Below the pieces are notes generated by a model. It did not search any database, was not told the origin of the DNA, and worked only from the letters and a program-made list of their open reading frames with translations. A DNA stretch of 64,000 nt. Source: Gammaproteobacteria bacterium (GTDB lineage: Bacteria > Pseudomonadota > Gammaproteobacteria > GCA-001735895). Both the position numbers and the translations under genes were made by a program. Of the stretch, positions 60,239 to 64,000 are shown piece by piece. Within the stretch, counting starts at the first letter, position 1. Every line of letters starts with the position of its first letter. The stretch is taken from the NCBI GenBank assembly GCA_030595795.1, contig JAUVCH010000008.1:3282-67281 (forward strand). Reading direction: 5' to 3'.

Positions 60239-60787
60239 TTAGCAACAATCATTACCATCGGATTTCTTTGTGTAGTCAATGAGTTGGTTATTTCTGTCGA
60301 GTTCAAATTCACAGCACTTATGAAGCATGCCTTTCAATAAGGCACGTCCTCGCTGGACTCTTGATTTTGCTCCAGACAGTGATAAATCCTGTTTTTGTGC
60401 AACCTCCTTTTGATTCATTCCCTCCAGTTCTGAAAGGATAATGGCATCACGGTATTTATCAGGTAACAGATCTACCATGGGTTCAAGGCAAGCTGCCAAT
60501 TCCTGTTTGGCGCGCTCATTCTTATTAATGTCTTGCTGTGCCATCCACTCCGGCAATTCCTCCGATGGCTTTTGTGTGCGATAGTGGTCGATAACAGCAT
60601 TTCTTGCTATTTGATATAACCAGCTTTCAAGCTTGGTCTCCTCTTCAAGGGCATCGATGCGGGAATGTATTTTGACAAAAATGTCCTGGAGAATATCATC
60701 AGCCACAGCATCATCATTAACTCGCTTTCTAATAAAAGAGAGTAATTTAGTGTGATATTCAGTCCATATTTTTTCCGTTATATTCAT
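60239..60787 (-). CDS. ECF sigma-70 factor (SigZ-like, with a Cys-rich C-terminal tail)
   Basis: 182 aa; sigma70 region 2 (DDILQDIFVKIH...WLYQIARN) and region 4; tail ...HKCCEF...GNDCC. Confidence 0.8.
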   Translation of the reverse strand: MNITEKIWTEYHTKLLSFIRKRVNDDAVADDILQDIFVKIHSRIDALEEETKLESWLYQIARNAVIDHYRTQKPSEELPEWMAQQDINKNERAKQELAACLEPMVDLLPDKYRDAIILSELEGMNQKEVAQKQDLSLSGAKSRVQRGRALLKGMLHKCCEFELDRNNQLIDYTKKSDGNDCC

Positions 60788-60870
60788 GTCGTTTGTTTGA
60801 GGGAAAAACTACGCTCCCGCTATTGGCGGTAACGATCATTGGATGCGTCAACGATGAAACGTATTGATTT

Positions 60871-61188
60871 TTACTGTGAGAAAAAGACTTGATGATTCAA
60901 AGAGTGCGCTTCTTTCTCAAGAAGAAATTCATCATCTTCGGGGTAGTATTTTGCAACGCCTGGGTCATCGCCGGCAAACTTCTTAACGGCCTCAATCGAA
61001 TTCCATACGGTTATCAGCAGGAAATGTGAAACATCGTCTTCGTCCCGACGAGTGAAGAAAAGCTGCTCCAATCCATCTACCGAGTTATAGTCTGGCGCTG
61101 CCCGCGTCTTCATAAATGCTTCATAGGCATCCCCATCTGAAAGGCGTGTGCGCCCGTGCCAGGTTCTAACGATCATATTCGTCTCCAT
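60871..61188 (-). CDS. Antibiotic-biosynthesis-monooxygenase (ABM/Dabb)-like small protein
   Basis: 105 aa; ferredoxin-like ABM size and pattern; weak call. Confidence 0.4.
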   Translation of the reverse strand: METNMIVRTWHGRTRLSDGDAYEAFMKTRAAPDYNSVDGLEQLFFTRRDEDDVSHFLLITVWNSIEAVKKFAGDDPGVAKYYPEDDEFLLEKEAHSLNHQVFFSQ

Positions 61189-61337
61189 CGGTGGTTATGG
61201 TCGAAGGCTAAGCTAAATCAAAAACTTAATCTACATTGTTTTTCATGATCGACACCTCGAGATTGCTTCGACTTGATATAGATACCGCACATACGCGATA
61301 CTCAAGCCTTACTCTTAACTTGTAATATGCTGAAAAT

Positions 61338-62300
61338 ATGAAAATTGGGCTGATCGAACCACCAACATTATTGCCACAATCTTTTTTAGATTTTCCGATG
61401 ATTGAAACTATAGAAGAATTCGAAGGCGATATTGCAATCCTGGGAATCCCCTACGGGATGTCGTATGAAACTCATTCTATGGCTAACGAGCAAAGTAGAG
61501 CCCCCGATATGATTCGTCAGCTCAGCAATAAAACTGACATATTTTATTCGCGTAATCACTACGACTGGGATCTCGGAGGATCTTTACTCGACGACCGAGA
61601 TATCAAAGTTGTTGATTGCGGAAATGTGAGTTCTGATAAAACGGATCACAAACAGCACTATATTAGAGCCGAACAGGTGGCCAGAAATATCTTTAGTAAA
61701 AAAGCATCGTTAATCACCTTAGGTGGGGATCATGGGGTTCCCATTCCGGTGCTTCGAGCACTTGAAGTATTTGGTGAAAAAATTACTCTTATCCATGTAG
61801 ATGCGCATCTCGATTGGCGTCATGAAATCAACGGTGAAACACAAGGCTATTCAAGCCCGATAAGGCGGGCTTCAGAAATGCCATGGATCGATAAAATAGT
61901 GCAAATCGGCATGCGTGGTATCGGCAGTGCTCGTACTGGCGAAGTGGACGATGCCAGGGCCTATGGTGCGCAGATTATCAGTGCGTATGAAATGCACGAT
62001 ATTGGCATGGATGCCGTACTGGATCGTATTCCCGACGGCGGTCCTTATTATCTCACCATCGATGCGGACGGTATCGACCCGACTATCATGCCAGCGGTAA
62101 TGGCACAAACACCCGGTGGTCTAAACTGGATACAAATCCGAAAACTAATTCATGGCCTGGTCAATAAGGGGCGGGTGTTGGGCATGGATCTGGTCGAAAT
62201 TGCGCCAAGATACGATGTCGAAAACATTACCCTGATCCATGCCGAACGGCTTATCTGTAACTTTATCGGAGCTACGGTTCGCGCTGATTATTACGCATGA
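61338..62300 (+). CDS. Arginase/agmatinase/formiminoglutamase-family ureohydrolase
   Basis: 320 aa; Mn-binding motifs GGDHGV, DAHLD, TIDADGIDP. Confidence 0.8.
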   Translation: MKIGLIEPPTLLPQSFLDFPMIETIEEFEGDIAILGIPYGMSYETHSMANEQSRAPDMIRQLSNKTDIFYSRNHYDWDLGGSLLDDRDIKVVDCGNVSSDKTDHKQHYIRAEQVARNIFSKKASLITLGGDHGVPIPVLRALEVFGEKITLIHVDAHLDWRHEINGETQGYSSPIRRASEMPWIDKIVQIGMRGIGSARTGEVDDARAYGAQIISAYEMHDIGMDAVLDRIPDGGPYYLTIDADGIDPTIMPAVMAQTPGGLNWIQIRKLIHGLVNKGRVLGMDLVEIAPRYDVENITLIHAERLICNFIGATVRADYYA

Positions 62301-63553
62301 ACCCCTATACTGCTGTTGGTTCAATTATTACCGGAGTTGTCTTCCTGCAGGGCGGCATGGGGCTGCTGTCGGTGCTGCTGCCGTTGCGAATGCAGGAAGC
62401 AGGGTTTAGCACGACAGAAATAGGCATCATGGCCGCCGGTTTCGCAAGCGGATTCTTTCTGGGTTGCTTCTACGCACCGCGTTTAATCCAGCGTATCGGT
62501 CATATTCGCGCCTTCGCCTGTTTTGCGACGGTGCTGTCGACTTTGACACTGGCACTCGCCATCGACACCGATCTGGCACTCTGGACTAGCGCACGACTTC
62601 TATCCGGGGTGTGTTTTGCCGGGTTGTTGACCATCTCTGATAGCTGGATTTCAGGCGAAACAAAACCTTCTGTACGTGGGCGCGTGATGAGCGTCTATAT
62701 GATCTTTTACAAGTCGGCTCAGGCCCTGGGGCCACTTGTTTTTACTTTTTCAGCTATTAGCGGAAACTGGCATTTCATGTTGGTAAGCGCCCTTTTCTCA
62801 CTTTCACTTTTACCTGTTGCAAGTCGGCAGGGCGGTAACCCTACACCCCCTATAAAAGAGACAATGAATATCAGAAAAGTCTACCGGACAACCCCGCTGG
62901 CAGTGGTAGGGTGTATGTGCCTGGGTATGACTAACAGCCCAATGAACAATCTGATGGCGATCTATGGGGTGGAAATCGGGCTGAAAGTATCGGGTGCCGT
63001 CATGTTGAGTGCGGCATTGCAAATAGGTGCGCTTGCTCTGCAATGGCCGATGGGCTGGGCTTCGGATAAGCGCGACAGGCGCAAGGTAATGATTTTCGGT
63101 ATGCTGATGATGGCTTTGTTCTCAGCAATTATTGCCTTTATGCCAACCATGCCGCTTTGGGCTTATGTCATCCTCGTGGGTATTCTGGGCGGCTTTGCCA
63201 TGTCGATTTATCCCATCCTCCTGGCTCACGCCGGAGACTATGTTTCTCCGAAACAAATGGTGCCGCTGTGCGCAACTTTAATGTTGGCTTTTTCCGTGGG
63301 CATGGCAATTGGCCCGATCACCGGAAGTTTTGCTATGGACGTTCTTGGTCCCCAGGGGCTTTTTATCCATACAATATTTTTCTGTATGGTGTTCGTATTT
63401 TTTGCACTTTATCGCATGAGAAAACGAGAAGCCCGACCAACCGATGAGCGCCCTGCTTTCGTCAATATGCCCGCCAGTTCTACCGCTATTTCTCAGCTTA
63501 ATCCTCGTGCCAAAGCTGCAAAAAAAATAACCAAAAGGCGTGAAAATGATTAA
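62297..63553 (+). CDS. MFS transporter
   Basis: 418 aa; 12 transmembrane helices; ATGA overlap with the upstream ureohydrolase gene. Confidence 0.8.
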   Translation: MNPYTAVGSIITGVVFLQGGMGLLSVLLPLRMQEAGFSTTEIGIMAAGFASGFFLGCFYAPRLIQRIGHIRAFACFATVLSTLTLALAIDTDLALWTSARLLSGVCFAGLLTISDSWISGETKPSVRGRVMSVYMIFYKSAQALGPLVFTFSAISGNWHFMLVSALFSLSLLPVASRQGGNPTPPIKETMNIRKVYRTTPLAVVGCMCLGMTNSPMNNLMAIYGVEIGLKVSGAVMLSAALQIGALALQWPMGWASDKRDRRKVMIFGMLMMALFSAIIAFMPTMPLWAYVILVGILGGFAMSIYPILLAHAGDYVSPKQMVPLCATLMLAFSVGMAIGPITGSFAMDVLGPQGLFIHTIFFCMVFVFFALYRMRKREARPTDERPAFVNMPASSTAISQLNPRAKAAKKITKRREND

Positions 63554-63877
63554 TTTACGATATAGATATCGGGGCGAGGATGACACCATCGAGATTCAGG
63601 CATAGGTAAACTCGAGGGAAACTATCCGCAACACTTACTTTGATGCCGCGATCATATACAGCATTTCAAGCCCTATAGTCGCTCCGCCAGTGAGGTTATC
63701 CCTGCATGATCATAGGCAGGCGCCACCTCCATCACATCCATCGCGACAAAATTAAGCCCCTTTTATGCTCGAATTATCTGAAGCGTTTTATCAGAAGTTA
63801 AACCTCCCGCTACCGGCGTGCCCGTCCCCGGGGGAAAGGCATTGGTCAGAAATGCTGACCGAGATGAAAAAACATAA

Positions 63878-64000
63878 CTAGGCGGCAGCCTTTCTTTTAG
63901 CGCGAATTTGATCTCGCAGGGCTGCCTGAGATTCTTTAGAACCATCGTGAAATGTGCCGAATAACTTATCGAGGCCAATTGTGGCCGTTCCGTAGTTGCA
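63878..64000 (-). CDS. 3' end of an unidentified minus-strand CDS continuing beyond the window
   Basis: Open minus frame from the window end to the stop at 63880-63878 (...IRAKRKAAA*). Confidence 0.3.
   Translation of the reverse strand, partial: CNYGTATIGLDKLFGTFHDGSKESQAALRDQIRAKRKAAA

Noticed and set aside
63763-63978. 71-aa minus ORF, and a 20-nt repeat (gggaaaggcattggtcagaa) shared with the GNAT gene at 59245
   Set aside because: The flanking frames do not translate into a GNAT-like sequence. This is a short coincidental or remnant match and the ORF is likely spurious.
1-64000. Search for CRISPR arrays, rRNA, integrase or phage structural genes
   Set aside because: No regularly spaced direct repeats, no rRNA-like segments and no tyrosine or serine recombinase motifs were seen. 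The mobile elements present are only transposase remnants.

Overview
This is a 64-kb chromosomal window from a gammaproteobacterium, probably a marine one. It reads as a mosaic of one secretion-system locus, several catabolic islands and patches of mobile-element debris.

- **1-15.3 kb:** one arm of a type VI secretion system (T6SS). On the minus strand are ppkA, pppA, tagF, tssM, tssL, tssK, tssJ and tagH/fha. Divergently on the plus strand are tssA, tssB and tssC. The locus carries the complete threonine-phosphorylation regulatory set, but no hcp, tssE, tssF, tssG, clpV or vgrG follows tssC.
- **16-21 kb:** an ectoine/hydroxyectoine catabolic cluster (two ornithine-cyclodeaminase-family paralogs, a threonine-dehydratase-like gene, doeA and doeB). 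An FKBP isomerase, a DMT transporter and a DUF4124-glutaredoxin gene follow.
- **23.5-25.4 kb:** a tRNA-Pro(CGG) gene (25246-25322), with the C-terminal remnant of an IS256-family transposase, a secreted hypothetical and a secreted thermonuclease just upstream of it.
- **26-34.6 kb:** a CoA-dependent gamma-butyrobetaine/L-carnitine catabolic island. The minus strand carries a carbon-nitrogen hydrolase, an ADP-forming acyl-CoA synthetase and a CaiA-like acyl-CoA dehydrogenase. The plus strand carries a CaiD-like hydratase, L-carnitine dehydrogenase, a DUF849 beta-keto-acid cleavage enzyme, a luciferase-like flavin oxidoreductase and an alpha/beta hydrolase. A paralogous ligase/hydratase/DUF2478 module recurs at 50-53.5 kb.
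- **34.6-47.5 kb:** a half PqiA-like membrane protein, a solute-binding protein next to a hybrid sensor kinase, and a DUF3750/DUF3010 pair. After these come a small accessory patch (a leaderless small ORF plus a TIR/nucleoside-deoxyribosyltransferase-like gene, followed by a vapBC toxin-antitoxin cassette bracketed by a 16-nt direct repeat), gdhA, a fumarylacetoacetate-hydrolase-family gene, an NTF2-like gene and an MFS transporter.
- **47.4-50 kb:** a rifampin-phosphotransferase/PEP-synthase-like enzyme that appears domain-permuted and split by a frameshift.
- **53.7-63.6 kb:** a diguanylate cyclase, a class-III aminotransferase with a divergent LysR regulator, two internally deleted IS6-family transposase remnants in inverted orientation flanking a decayed diguanylate-cyclase gene, then a GNAT acetyltransferase, a SigZ-like ECF sigma factor with a Cys-rich DUF2703 partner, and an agmatinase-family ureohydrolase overlapping an MFS gene.

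There is no CRISPR array and no rRNA. The candidates most likely to be new biology are the small accessory module at 40.8-41.7 kb and the permuted PEP-utilising enzyme. Everything rests on by-eye motif recognition, so domain calls need HMM confirmation.
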